Shown in pieces: positions 29,656 to 40,101 of a stretch of DNA of 64,000 nt; position 1 is the stretch's first letter, and the number at the start of each line of letters is the position of its first letter. The translations under genes and the position numbers were made by a program. The notes beneath the pieces are model-generated. The model worked only from the letters and a program-made list of their open reading frames with translations, was not told the DNA's origin and searched no databases. The stretch is from an uncultured Gemmataceae bacterium (GTDB taxonomy: Bacteria; Planctomycetota; Planctomycetia; Gemmatales; Gemmataceae): positions 608,001 to 672,000 of the forward strand of contig CAVVPN010000011.1 in NCBI GenBank assembly GCA_963750165.1, given 5' to 3'.

Positions 29656-30537
29656 ATGATGACATTCTTGTGTTCTGTTGTGTTGGTCTTGTTCCAGGCT
29701 CCGCAACCGGAGACGCTGGAAAGCCGCCTCGCCCCGTTGGCGAAAGCGCACAAGGGCCGCGTTGCCATCGCCGTCAAGCACCTCGTCACCGGCGAAACCT
29801 ACACGCTCAACGGCGACGAGGCAATGCCGACCGCCAGCCTCATCAAGTTCCCACTCATGCTCGAAGTCTACATGCAGGTCATGGAGGGCAAGCTGAAGTT
29901 GACCGATATGGTCACTCTGACTGAGAAGGACAAGGTGCCGGGCTCGGGCATCCTGACCTATCACTTCAGTGAGGGCGCCACCTTCCCCGTCAAGGACGCC
30001 GTGCGGCTGATGATCGCCTACTCGGACAACACCGCGACGAACCTGGTTCTCGACAAGATCGGCATTGCCTCGACCAACAAGCGCATGGAAGCGTGGGGCT
30101 GCCCCAACACGAAGATCAACGCCAAGGTGTTCCTCGGCAGCAAGACGAGCATCGACCCGGCCCGCACCAAGAAGTACGGCCTGGGTTCCACGACAGCGAA
30201 GGAAATCGTGACGCTACTGGAAAAGGTCCACCAGGGCAAGGTCGTCAGCCCCGCGGTGTGCAAGGAGATGCTGACGCACCTCAAGAATGCCCAGGACAAG
30301 GACTGCTTTCCGCGCTTTCTGCCGGCGAAGACCGTGGTGGCCCACAAGACGGGAGCGGTGTCCGACGCACGCACGGACGGCGGCATCATCTACACGCCGA
30401 GCGGCCCGGTGGCGGTGTGCGTGCTGACGACGGCGAACGCGGACAGGCGCTGGGTTCAGGACAACGCGGGCAGTGTGCTGTGTGCGCGGGTGGCGGAAGC
30501 GGTGTTCAAGCACTTCAACACCAAGACAAAGAAATGA
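29656..30537 (+). CDS. Class A beta-lactamase-like serine hydrolase
   Basis: ASLIK (SxxK), SDN, HKTG; no obvious E166 equivalent. Confidence 0.88.
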   Translation: MMTFLCSVVLVLFQAPQPETLESRLAPLAKAHKGRVAIAVKHLVTGETYTLNGDEAMPTASLIKFPLMLEVYMQVMEGKLKLTDMVTLTEKDKVPGSGILTYHFSEGATFPVKDAVRLMIAYSDNTATNLVLDKIGIASTNKRMEAWGCPNTKINAKVFLGSKTSIDPARTKKYGLGSTTAKEIVTLLEKVHQGKVVSPAVCKEMLTHLKNAQDKDCFPRFLPAKTVVAHKTGAVSDARTDGGIIYTPSGPVAVCVLTTANADRRWVQDNAGSVLCARVAEAVFKHFNTKTKK

Positions 30538-30848
30538 TCGAGAATTGGGTGTGGAAATCGAATTGGGAGCCGGTACTCGCGATACTCGCCTCCCGTGTCG
30601 GCTACGACTTCAGCCTGGATGATGTTGAAGCAATCTATTGGGGGATCGGAGGGACGAACTCGGAAACCGGCCCCTGGTATGAATATCAATTCCCAGGCCA
30701 GCGGGCAGTCTCCCTCAAGTTAGCCCAGGATGTGGGAACGGGCCTGGTTAGCATCCGCCTGGAAGGCGATCCGGAAATCGAGCAGGTGGCTGGCATCGTA
30801 ATGGACATCGCTCAACAATATTTCCTGAGCAAGGCTGGGAGAGAGTAA
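30534..30848 (+). CDS. Small acidic hypothetical protein
   Basis: 104 aa; ATGA overlap upstream, TAATG overlap downstream; visibly more AT-rich codons. Confidence 0.7.
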   Translation: MIENWVWKSNWEPVLAILASRVGYDFSLDDVEAIYWGIGGTNSETGPWYEYQFPGQRAVSLKLAQDVGTGLVSIRLEGDPEIEQVAGIVMDIAQQYFLSKAGRE

Positions 30849-31990
30849 TGGCGAAGCCCTTGAACATCGGCATGATTGGATACGGCTTCATGGGCCGGGC
30901 GCACAGCAACGCCTTCACCCAGGTCAGCCACTTCTTCGACCTGCCCTACAAGCCGGTCCTCAAGGCCGTCTGCGCCCGCAGCGCCGACAAGGTGAAGCCC
31001 TTCGCCGACCGCTGGGGCTACGAGTCCATCGAAACCGACTGGCGAAAACTGCTCGACCGCAAGGACATCGACCTGATCGACATCTGCACGCCGAACAACC
31101 TGCACGCGGAGATCGCCATCGCCGCCGCCCAGGCCGGCAAGATGATCCTCTGCGAAAAACCGCTCGCCATGAACGGCCCTGAGGGCCTCAAAATGGTCGA
31201 GGCGGTCGAGAAGGCGAAAGTACCCAACATGGTCTGGTACAACTACCGCCGCATCCCCGCCGTCACCCTGGCGAAGCAACTCATTGAGGAAGGCCGGCTC
31301 GGCAAAATCTTCCACTACCGCGCCAAGTTTTTGCAGGACTGGACCATCAGCGCCGACCTGCCGCAGGGCGGCACCGCGCTTTGGCGGCTGGACGTGGCGG
31401 CGGCCGGCAGCGGCGTCACCGGCGATCTGTTAGCGCACTGCATCGACACGGCGCTGTGGCTCAATGGCGGCCTGGCGACCGTCAACGCCATGACCGAGAC
31501 CTTTATCAAGGAGCGCAAGCACAACCTGACGGGCAAGGTGGAGAAGGTCGGCATTGACGACGCCTGTACGTTCATGGGCCGGTTCACCAACGGCTCGCTG
31601 GCGTCGTTTGAATCGACGCGCTATGCCCGCGGCCACAAGGCGCTGTACACCTTCGAGATCAACGGCGAGCACGCTTCGATCTTCTGGGACCTGCACGACC
31701 TGCACCGGCTGCAATACTTCGACCACCGCGACCAGGGCATCGTCCGCGGCTGGCGCTCCATCCACGTCTCGGACGGCGACCACCCGTACATGGGTAAGTG
31801 GTGGGTGCCGGGATTGGCCATCGGCTACGAATCCAGTTTCGTGCATCAGGTGGCCGATTTCCTGGACGGCGTTGGTAAGGGCAAGCCGGCGCAACCGGAC
31901 TTCCGCAATGCGTACAAGACCCAGTTGGTGCTGGACGCGGTGTTGCAGTCGGCGAAGGAACAGAAGTGGGTAAACGTCGCCCAGGGATAG
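30848..31990 (+). CDS. Gfo/Idh/MocA oxidoreductase
   Basis: [27 protein letters not shown]. Confidence 0.93.
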   Translation: MAKPLNIGMIGYGFMGRAHSNAFTQVSHFFDLPYKPVLKAVCARSADKVKPFADRWGYESIETDWRKLLDRKDIDLIDICTPNNLHAEIAIAAAQAGKMILCEKPLAMNGPEGLKMVEAVEKAKVPNMVWYNYRRIPAVTLAKQLIEEGRLGKIFHYRAKFLQDWTISADLPQGGTALWRLDVAAAGSGVTGDLLAHCIDTALWLNGGLATVNAMTETFIKERKHNLTGKVEKVGIDDACTFMGRFTNGSLASFESTRYARGHKALYTFEINGEHASIFWDLHDLHRLQYFDHRDQGIVRGWRSIHVSDGDHPYMGKWWVPGLAIGYESSFVHQVADFLDGVGKGKPAQPDFRNAYKTQLVLDAVLQSAKEQKWVNVAQG

Positions 31991-31998
31991 GAGGCCCC

Positions 31999-32553
31999 AT
32001 GTCGATCGGCACGCAGAAACTCATCACGGCTGAGGAATTCGCCCGGATGCCCGACCCGCCGGACGGGTCGCAACAGGAACTCGTGCGGGGAGTGATCGTT
32101 ACCATGCCGCCGCCAGGTGCTCGCCACGGGGCTTGCTGTTTTGAGGTGACGTTGCGGATCGGGACCTACGTCAAGGAACACAAGCTCGGCCACGTGTTCA
32201 CAAACGACACCGGCTTCATCGTGGAGCGCGGTCCCGACACGGTGCGCGGCCCGGATGTGTCCTTCTGGCGGCGCGAACGCTTACCCGAAATCCCCACGGG
32301 TTACATTGACATCCCCCCGGATTTGCTGGTGGAGGTGGTTTCTCCGGGAGACCATTTCACGCGCGTTCACAAAAAGGTGCACGATTACCTCAGCCGGGAG
32401 GTGCCGCTCATTTGGGTCGTGGACCCGGAAGATCGGAGTGTGACGGTTTACCGCCCGGGTAAACAGGCGACCATCCTGGCTGAAGTGGATACGCTTTCCG
32501 GCGAGGAGGCGTTGCCCGGGTTCTCCTGCGTCGTGCGCGAACTGTTTCCCTGA
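31999..32553 (+). CDS. Uma2 family endonuclease
   Basis: ELVRG, RGPDVSF, PDLLVEVVSP, WVVDP, LPGF. Confidence 0.93.
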   Translation: MSIGTQKLITAEEFARMPDPPDGSQQELVRGVIVTMPPPGARHGACCFEVTLRIGTYVKEHKLGHVFTNDTGFIVERGPDTVRGPDVSFWRRERLPEIPTGYIDIPPDLLVEVVSPGDHFTRVHKKVHDYLSREVPLIWVVDPEDRSVTVYRPGKQATILAEVDTLSGEEALPGFSCVVRELFP

Positions 32554-32566
32554 AGGCGAGGGTCGC

Positions 32567-33142
32567 ATGGTCTCCCAGGTCCAGGTCGTCTCCATCCTGA
32601 TGATCATCCACGGCGCGCTGATCTCTTTGATGGGCTTGCTGTTCGCCGCGCTCGGGCCGTTCCTGTTCGCCATGGAGTCCTCTACCGCGCGGCGGCGGGA
32701 CGACACCGGCCTGGCCGTGATGATGATCATTTTCCTCATCGGCGGGCTGCTCCTGCTGACCGTCGGCGTCCTGCACATCATCGCGGGCGTCCGCTGCCTG
32801 AAGTTCCGCGGCCGCGTCCTGGCGATGGTGGCGCTGTTTGCCAACATCGTCGCCCTGCCGACCGGCTACTGCAGCCTGTTCGCCATCGGCATGGCCGTCT
32901 ACGGGCTGATCGTGCTGTTCGACAAAGACGTGGCCCTGGCCTTCGAGCGGGGCGAGGAAGGCATGGCCAGGGAGGACATCCTCGCCGAATTCGCCCCGCG
33001 CTACCACCGCCGCCGTCGCCCGCGCCGCGACGAGGACGACTACGACCGCGACGAGGACCGCCGTCCGTCGTACCCCCGGGACGACGCCGACCGTGAGGAC
33101 CGCGGCGAACCGGACGACCAGGACCGCCACCGCTTCCGCTGA
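32567..33142 (+). CDS. Membrane protein with Arg/Asp-rich C-terminal tail
   Basis: ~4 TM segments then RRRRPRRDEDDYDRDEDRR. Confidence 0.75.
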   Translation: MVSQVQVVSILMIIHGALISLMGLLFAALGPFLFAMESSTARRRDDTGLAVMMIIFLIGGLLLLTVGVLHIIAGVRCLKFRGRVLAMVALFANIVALPTGYCSLFAIGMAVYGLIVLFDKDVALAFERGEEGMAREDILAEFAPRYHRRRRPRRDEDDYDRDEDRRPSYPRDDADREDRGEPDDQDRHRFR

Positions 33143-33238
33143 GCGGTCGGCCGGCGGCGCTTGCCGGGCGGCTGCTTTCGCCGCACAATACCGCCAATCT
33201 CACCCGGGCAACCAACGCAGCACAGCGAGGACACGGCG

Positions 33239-34090
33239 ATGCGCTACGGCATGAACTTGTTGTTGTGGACCGGTCACGTCACGTCGGCCCACTTCCCCCT
33301 GCTGGCGAAGCTAAAGCAGACCGGCTTCGACGGCGTGGAGCTGCCGCTCTTCGAGGGCGACGCGGCCCACTACAAGACCGTCCGCAAGGAACTGGACAAC
33401 CTCGGCCTCGGCTGCACCACGGTGACGGTGGCGACGCCGGAGGCCAACCCCATCAGCCCGGACCCGGCCGTCCGCCGCAAGGGCCACGAGCGGCACCAGT
33501 GGGCCATCGAGATGACGGCGACCCTGGGCGGTACGCACCTGTGCGGCCCGTACCACTCGCCGCTGGCGGTCTTCAGCGGCACCGGCCCCACCGACGACGA
33601 GAAGCAGCGCGCCGCCGACGTGCTGCGCCAGTCCGCGGAGTTCGCGCAGCAGCACCAGGTCACGCTGGCCATCGAGTACCTCAACCGCTTTGAATGCTAC
33701 TTCCTGACCACCGCCCGGCAGGCGAAGGCGCTGGTGCAGGCGGTGAACCATCCCAGCTTCCGCATGATGTACGACACGTTCCACGCCAACATTGAGGAGA
33801 AGAACATCCCCGAGGCCATCGAGAGCGTGGCGGACAGTTTCGTGCATGTTCACATCAGCGAGAACGACCGCGGCACACCGGGCACCGGCCACGTGCACTG
33901 GGCGGAGACGTTCCGGACGCTGCGCAAGGTGAAGTACGATGGCTGGATGGTGATCGAGGCGTTCGGCCGGGCGCTGCCGGAGCTGGCAGCGGCAACGCGC
34001 GTCTGGCGCGACCTGTTCCCGTCTGCGGAGGAGGTGTACACGCAGGGCCTGCGCTTCATGAAGGAGCAATGGGAGAAGGCGGGCAAGTGA
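33239..34090 (+). CDS. D-psicose/D-tagatose 3-epimerase-family sugar epimerase
   Basis: EYLNRFE, YDTFHANIEE, HVHISENDRGTPG, IEAF. Confidence 0.9.
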   Translation: MRYGMNLLLWTGHVTSAHFPLLAKLKQTGFDGVELPLFEGDAAHYKTVRKELDNLGLGCTTVTVATPEANPISPDPAVRRKGHERHQWAIEMTATLGGTHLCGPYHSPLAVFSGTGPTDDEKQRAADVLRQSAEFAQQHQVTLAIEYLNRFECYFLTTARQAKALVQAVNHPSFRMMYDTFHANIEEKNIPEAIESVADSFVHVHISENDRGTPGTGHVHWAETFRTLRKVKYDGWMVIEAFGRALPELAAATRVWRDLFPSAEEVYTQGLRFMKEQWEKAGK

Positions 34091-34100
34091 AGAAGAATAA

Positions 34101-34196
34101 TCACCACAGAGAACGCAGAGAGCGCAGAGAAAAGACCAAGAATGAATGAAGCAATTCTTGGTCTTTTCTCTGCGCTCCCTGCGTTCTCTGTGGTGA
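34101..34196. repeat. Nonamer-repeat hairpin
   Basis: TCACCACAGAGAACGCAGAGAGCGCAGAG...CTCTGCGCTCCCTGCGTTCTCTGTGGTGA. Confidence 0.85.
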
Positions 34197-34296
34197 AATG
34201 TTGTCTTCACTCTGAGGCGGCGGCGCGTTAGAATCCGCGCGGAGGTGCCCGGGTCGGGGCACGGTGAGGCTACCCGTCCGCGAAAGGATGCGAACC

Positions 34297-35296
34297 ATGA
34301 AGAACGTGGTGCTGGCGTTGGCCCTGCTCGCCCTCGGCACGGCGCCCGCAGCGGCGCAACAGCCCTGGGCCGAGAAGCTCTTCGGCGGGGTCACCAGTCA
34401 CGACTTCGGCAACGTGCCCCACGGCGCCCAGGTCAAGTACAGTTTCAAGGTCAAGAACATCTACGCCGTGCCACTCGAATTCACCGACGTGCGCAGCAGA
34501 CTGCATCTGTGGCAAGCCGGTCGCCAACCCGAAAGTCCTCCAGCCCCAGCAAGTGGGCACCATTGAGGTGATCATGGACACCTCCCGCTTCACGGGCCCC
34601 AAGAAACTCAACATCTTCGTCACCGTTGGCCCCGAGTACGTCTCGACGGCCACCTTGCTCGTCACCGCCTTCTCGCGCACCGACGTGGTGTTCAACCCCA
34701 GTCAGATGAACTTCGGCGTGGTGGCGCAGGGCCAGACGCCGACGCAGACCGTGGACGTGGAGTACACCGGCGTGCTCGACTGGCGCCTGACCGAGGTCGT
34801 CAAGGATCCCACGGCGCCGATCCACCTCACCGTCAAGGAACTCTACCGCCAGCCACCCATGAAGGGCTTCGTGGGCAAGGTCGGCTACCGCTTCACCGCC
34901 ACGCTCAAGGCCGACGCGCCGCCCGGCCCGATCAAGCAGGAACTCACCCTCAAGACCAATGACCCGACCGCGCCCGTGCTGACCCTGCTGGTCGAGGGCA
35001 ACGTCCAGGGGACGCTGACCGTGGCCCCAGCCGTGGCCAACCTCGGCAAACTGAAACTCGGCGAGGTCCGGACGCTCAAGGTGCAGGTGCGCGGCGCCCG
35101 GCCATTCCGCATCCTCGGCGTGGACGGCGGCAACGGCGTCAAGGTCGAGGCGCCAGCCGGCAGCGCCCCGAGCCACATTCTGGTGATTCGCCTGGCGGCC
35201 ACGCAGCCCGGCGAGGTGCGCCGGCAACTCCTGATCCGCACCGACCTCGACAACGCCACGGCGACGCTGCCGCTGCAGGCCGTCGTCGCGCCGTGA
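34297..35296 (+). CDS. DUF1573 Ig-like exported protein (frameshift ~34500)
   Basis: WAEKLF, HDFGNVPHG, RS(S)CIC across the shift, repeated NFGVV/NLGKL units. Confidence 0.82.
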
Positions 35297-35345
35297 GCAG
35301 GACGGGCGTGCGCCGGCGGGGCTTTCTATAATGGGGGAAGGGTTG

Positions 35346-35389
35346 CCCCCTCACCCCCAACCCCTCCCCCCTGAAGGGGGCGAGGGGAG
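35346..35389. repeat. CCCCTCACCCC...GGGCGAGGGG palindromic repeat
   Basis: Short imperfect hairpin upstream of the next gene. Confidence 0.55.
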
Positions 35390-35419
35390 CCAGAGGGCCC
35401 TTCGTCGCCGGAGCGCACC

Positions 35420-37503
35420 ATGAGCACGTCCCCGTTCACCAACCGGCTCGTCCACGAAACCAGTCCCTACCTGAAGCAGCACGCCCACAACCCCGTGGAC
35501 TGGTATCCCTGGGGCGACGAAGCACTGCGTCGGGCGCGCGAACTGGATCGGCCCGTCTTCCTCAGCATCGGCTACTCGGCGTGCCACTGGTGTCACGTCA
35601 TGGAGCACGAGAGTTTTGAGGACCCCGAGGTCGGCCGGCTCCTCAACGAACACTTCGTCAGCATCAAGGTGGACCGCGAGGAGCGGCCCGACCTCGATCA
35701 AATCTACATGACGGCGGTGCAACTGCTCACCGGCCAGGGCGGCTGGCCGATGTCCATGTTCCTGACGCCGGCGCTGCAGCCGTTCTACGGCGGCACCTAC
35801 TTCCCGCCCGATGATCGCTATGGCCGGCCATCGTTCAAGCGGCTGCTACAGGCGATCATCCACGCCTGGCAGACGCAGCGCCAGGAAATCGAGGCGCAGG
35901 CTGGTAAGGTCACCGAGGAGGTGCAGCGGGCCGTGCAGGTTGAGGCCGCCGCGGGAGAACTGACCGACGCCCTGCTGCGGCCCATCGTGCCGGCGCTGCG
36001 GCGCGTCTTCGACCCCACCTTCGGCGGCTTCGGTCAGGCTCCCAAATTCTCGCACTCGATGGAAATCCGCCTGCTGTTGCGATTGTGGCGGCGCTTCCGC
36101 GACGACGAGGCGCTGCAGATGGCGACGCGGACGCTGGACGGCATGGCCCTGGGCGGTATGTACGACCATTTGGGCGGCGGCTTTCACCGCTACAGCACCG
36201 ACCGCCGCTGGCTGGTGCCGCACTTCGAGAAGATGCTGTACGACAACGCCCTGCTGAGCGTCGCCTACCTGGAGGCGTACCAGGCGACCGGCAGCCCGTT
36301 TTACCGCGAGGTCGTCGAGGAGACGCTCGCTTACGTGCAGCGCGAGATGACCAGTCCGGAGGGCGGATTTTACAGTACCCAGGACGCGGACAGCGAGGGC
36401 GAGGAGGGCAAGTTCTTCGTCTGGACGTGGGCGGAGGTCGAGGAGGCGCTCGGCATCTATCTGGCGGCGGCGTTCCGGCCGGTGTACTGCATGACAGGAG
36501 ATGGCAACTGGGAGGGCGGGAAGAACATCCTGCACCGGGTACGGACCGATGAGCAGGAAGCCTCGCTGCTTGGGCTGACGGTGGACGAGCTGCGCGAGCG
36601 GCTGGCGGCGGCGAAGGCGAAATTGTTCGCGGTTCGCAGCCGGCGTGTTCGGCCGCACCGCGATGAGAAAATGCTGACGGCGTGGAACGGCCTGATGATC
36701 ACCGCGTTCGCACGGGCCGCGCAGGTGCTGGAGAAGCCGGCGTACACTGCCGCGGCGTGCCGGACCGCCGAATTTGTCCTGACCCGCATGCGCCAGCCGG
36801 ACGGTCGGCTGTGGCGAACATACAGCACCGGCTCCCAACCGAAGCTCAACGGCTACCTGGAGGATTACACTTTCCTTATCAACGCCCTGATCGACGTGTA
36901 CGAACTGATGTTCGAGCCGCGCTGGGTGCGGAGCGCCCTGGAACTGACCGGCGTGCTGATCGAGCAGTTCTGGGACGACGCCGAGGGCGGTTTTTTCTTC
37001 ACCGGCCGCGACCACGAGGCGTTAATTACGCGCAGCAAGGACCCGCAAGACAACGCCACGCCGTCGGGTAATTCGATGGCGGCAACGGCGCTCCTGCGCC
37101 TGGCGAAGCTGACCGGCCGGGCCGATTTGCAAGAGAAGGCCGTGCGAACGCTGCAGTGCTTCCGCGGGCTGATGGCGTCCAGCCCGATGGCGGCCGGGCA
37201 GATGCTCATCGCCCTGGATTTCCATCTCGGGCCGGTCGATGAGGTGGCGCTGGTCGGCGCGCCGGGTCCGACGCGGTGCGCGCGGCCCTGCGGCTGATCC
37301 GGCAACCGTTTCGCCCGCAGCAGGTGGTGGCGCTGCGCGACCCGGCTGGCATTACCGGTGAGGCGGAGCGGCTGGTCCCGTTGCTCGCCGACAAGTCCGC
37401 TCAGGGATCGGTGACCACTTACCTCTGTCGTGATTTCACCTGCCAGGCGCCGCTGGTGGGGATGGAAGCGCTGCGGACAGCCCTGGAGAGACCGCAGGAT
37501 TAA
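35420..37503 (+). CDS. YyaL/DUF255 thioredoxin-domain protein (SPATA20-like; frameshift ~37270)
   Basis: [40 protein letters not shown]-terminal [11 protein letters not shown] in the next frame. Confidence 0.92.
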
Positions 37504-37513
37504 CCCGGAGGAT

Positions 37514-37680
37514 TCACCACGGAGAACGCGGAGAGCGCAGAGAGAAGACCGAGGAATCGATCCACAGCTGACACAGAAGAACACCGATAAAGACAGTTGA
37601 ATGGGTCTTTATCGGTGTTCCTCTGTGTCAGCTGTGGATCCTCTTTTGTCTTTTCTCTGCGCTCTCTGCCGTGCGCGGCG
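37514..37680. repeat. Nested hairpin of two nonamer-type repeat families
   Basis: Outer CACCACGGAGAACGCGGAGAGCGCAGAG arms enclose GATCCACAGCTGACACAGAAGAACACCGATAAAGAC inverted pair (37559-37640). Confidence 0.8.
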
Positions 37681-37879
37681 GAACGACTTTTGCAGTGTGC
37701 AAAGATGCAGCGTCTTCGGGTCGCTAACCGAATATGCCATCAGCCTACGACAGTTCACCGGGTATCGATTTCGCCGATTGCGTAATTAGGGTAAATTGGG
37801 TAAAACAAAGTGCGGTGGGCTGCCGAACCGTTGCGAGGGAGTGCCCGGAGCGATTGGGTGCCGGTCGGGGAGGCTGTGA

Positions 37880-38254
37880 ATGGATGCCCTGCACGCATTG
37901 CTGGACGAGGTGAGGAAGAAAGGACTGGTGAAGGGCCGTCTATTTGGCCTGTTGAACGTCCTGATCGGCCGCAAGGTCAGCAAGGCGGACAGCGTCGTCT
38001 GCAATGGCCTGACCTGGCGCGAGCTGGCGGCGATCCTGAAAAAAGCCCGCTGGGACCGGGACGGCGTGCGCGAGTTCGGTCTGGACCCCGACCATCTGCC
38101 GCCGCGCGACCGGCAGCAGTTCTGGTATAGCGCCATCGCCCGGGCCGGCGTGGACAGCGCCGCGGCCACCGCGGCGGGCGATGAGTTGGCCGCGGCCCTG
38201 GAAAAACTGGGCTACGAGGTCGGCCCGGCTCCGGGGCAGCCGAAGGATGAGTGA
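37880..38254 (+). CDS. Hypothetical protein
   Basis: GGAGG RBS; GLTWRELA..L.PRDRQQFWY. Confidence 0.75.
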   Translation: MDALHALLDEVRKKGLVKGRLFGLLNVLIGRKVSKADSVVCNGLTWRELAAILKKARWDRDGVREFGLDPDHLPPRDRQQFWYSAIARAGVDSAAATAAGDELAAALEKLGYEVGPAPGQPKDE

Positions 38255-38268
38255 TCCGCCGACTCCCA

Positions 38269-40077
38269 TTACTTGACGCCCGCCCTGGCCGCCGCCCTGG
38301 GGTCGATTTTCTTCAGCGCCCGGCCGACGGCGGCGCGGATCTCCGCATTCGGGTCGTTGAGCAACCGCACCAACCGCGGCACTGCCGTGACGCCCTGCTT
38401 GCCACCCTCGCCCAAAAAGTCCGCGGCCCGGATGCGGTGAGCAGCCTTGCGATCCTCCAGCACCGACACCAACCCTTCGACCACCTCCGGATCCGAGCCG
38501 AGGAGACTGAACGCGCCGCGGGCGTTCTTGCTCACTTGCTCGTCGGGGTCATCCACGGCCGCCAGCAGCGCCGGCACGGCCGCGGCGCTGCGCAGATGGA
38601 GGGCGTCGATCCAGCTGAACGCCTGCGTCGCCAGGCGGCGGACGTGAACGTCCTTGTGCTTCATCGCCCGGCACCAGACCGGCATCGCCTCCAGGCCCAG
38701 GCAGCGCAGGCCGATGATGGCCTCGTCGCGCACCTGGGTACTCTTGTCGCTCAACAATGGTTCCAGGGCCAGGACTGCCCGGCGACGGTCCGGGTTGCCC
38801 GCGGCGTCGTGGTCCATCATGCGGTGGACGCGCCCCACCATGCCCACGGCCCGGGCGACGCGGCCGCGCATCAGCGGGTCGGGGTCGTTCAACAGCGGGA
38901 GCAGCGTCGGCAGTGCGGCGGCCGGTACGGAACGCATTTGCATCAGCCCGTGCGCGGCCTGCAGGCGATAGTTCGGGTTCTGCAAGGCATCGAGGAACGG
39001 TTGCACGGCGTCCGGGCCGATTTCCAGCAGCGCCCACCAGGCGTTGTCGCGCAGCAGTTTGTTGTCGCCCTTCCAGGCGGTGACCAGAGCCGGCACGGCG
39101 TCCGGGCCGTTGGACACCAGCGCCAGGCGGGCGCGGCCGCGGATGTTGAAGTCTGCATCCTTCAGGAGAGCGATCAGGGGGACGATGGCGTCCTTGCCGA
39201 TCCCCGCCAGCGCGTGCGGCGGCCCACAGTAGCCAGGGGGTTGTTTCTTGAGCATGGGTGGTGGGTTACGGAGGGCGGCGATCAGGGCGGGAATGGCCGC
39301 CCGCGCCTCCGGGCCGATGCCGTGCAGCGCGAAGCAGGCGTGACCGAAGGCCGGTTCTTGCTGCGCCTCGACCAGCGCGACGAGCGCGGGCACAGCGGGT
39401 TTGGCGGCCGCGCCCAGCGTGTGCAGTGCCTGGGCGGTGTCCTCCAGCACCGCAGCGTCACGCTCCTTCAGCGCGGCGATCAGCACGGCCAGGCCGGTCT
39501 TCAGGTCGCCGGCGCGGCTCAGAGCGAACGCGGCGCCGACCCGCACTTTTTTGTCCGGATCGTCCAGCGCCTTGCGCAGCGCGGGCAGCACATCCTTGGC
39601 GCCGGGGCCGATGGCCGCCAGCGCCCACGCCACGTCAGCGCGGACGGCGGCGTCGGGGTCCGCGAGCGCCTTCACGAAGACGGGCATCGCCGCAGTCGAG
39701 CGCGGCCCGGGACCGTAGCGCACGACGAAGTGGCCCCGGAAGTGGAGATCCTTGTCCTTATCCTTCAGTGCCGCCAGCATCAGCGCGGCGGTGCGGTCGG
39801 CCTGGTGGCCGAGCCGGCACAGCGCCCCGGCGACCTCGACGCGCACGTGACGATCCGGGTCGTCCAGGGCCTTGACCAGCGCGGGCAGCGCCGGCTGCGC
39901 GGCGTCTGGCTTCACCCTGGACAGTTCCCGGGCGGCGATGATGCGCCAGCCGGTATCCTTGTTCCCGAGCTGGCGTATCAATTCCTGGACGTATCGCTCC
40001 GTCTCCTGCTTCGTGCCCCCGGCGGCACCGGGAGCCAGTAGCGCCAGCACGCCAACGAACGCGACCACGCTGAACAT
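38269..40077 (-). CDS. Exported HEAT-repeat protein
   Basis: Repeated A(V/L)PALxxALxDPDxxVR units; signal peptide. Confidence 0.9.
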   Translation of the reverse strand: MFSVVAFVGVLALLAPGAAGGTKQETERYVQELIRQLGNKDTGWRIIAARELSRVKPDAAQPALPALVKALDDPDRHVRVEVAGALCRLGHQADRTAALMLAALKDKDKDLHFRGHFVVRYGPGPRSTAAMPVFVKALADPDAAVRADVAWALAAIGPGAKDVLPALRKALDDPDKKVRVGAAFALSRAGDLKTGLAVLIAALKERDAAVLEDTAQALHTLGAAAKPAVPALVALVEAQQEPAFGHACFALHGIGPEARAAIPALIAALRNPPPMLKKQPPGYCGPPHALAGIGKDAIVPLIALLKDADFNIRGRARLALVSNGPDAVPALVTAWKGDNKLLRDNAWWALLEIGPDAVQPFLDALQNPNYRLQAAHGLMQMRSVPAAALPTLLPLLNDPDPLMRGRVARAVGMVGRVHRMMDHDAAGNPDRRRAVLALEPLLSDKSTQVRDEAIIGLRCLGLEAMPVWCRAMKHKDVHVRRLATQAFSWIDALHLRSAAAVPALLAAVDDPDEQVSKNARGAFSLLGSDPEVVEGLVSVLEDRKAAHRIRAADFLGEGGKQGVTAVPRLVRLLNDPNAEIRAAVGRALKKIDPRAAARAGVK

Positions 40078-40101
40078 GCCACACCTCCACGACACCGGAC
40101 C

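Noticed and set aside
32990..33142. Arg/Asp-rich tail as a special repeat system
   Set aside because: Low-complexity RD-rich tails are common in this lineage's membrane proteins; no regular DNA repeat.
38251..40041. Long antisense ORFs (e.g. 38251-40041, 42951-44378, 56955-58424, 58526-60229)
   Set aside because: Shadows of real genes on the opposite strand in high-GC DNA; no motifs.
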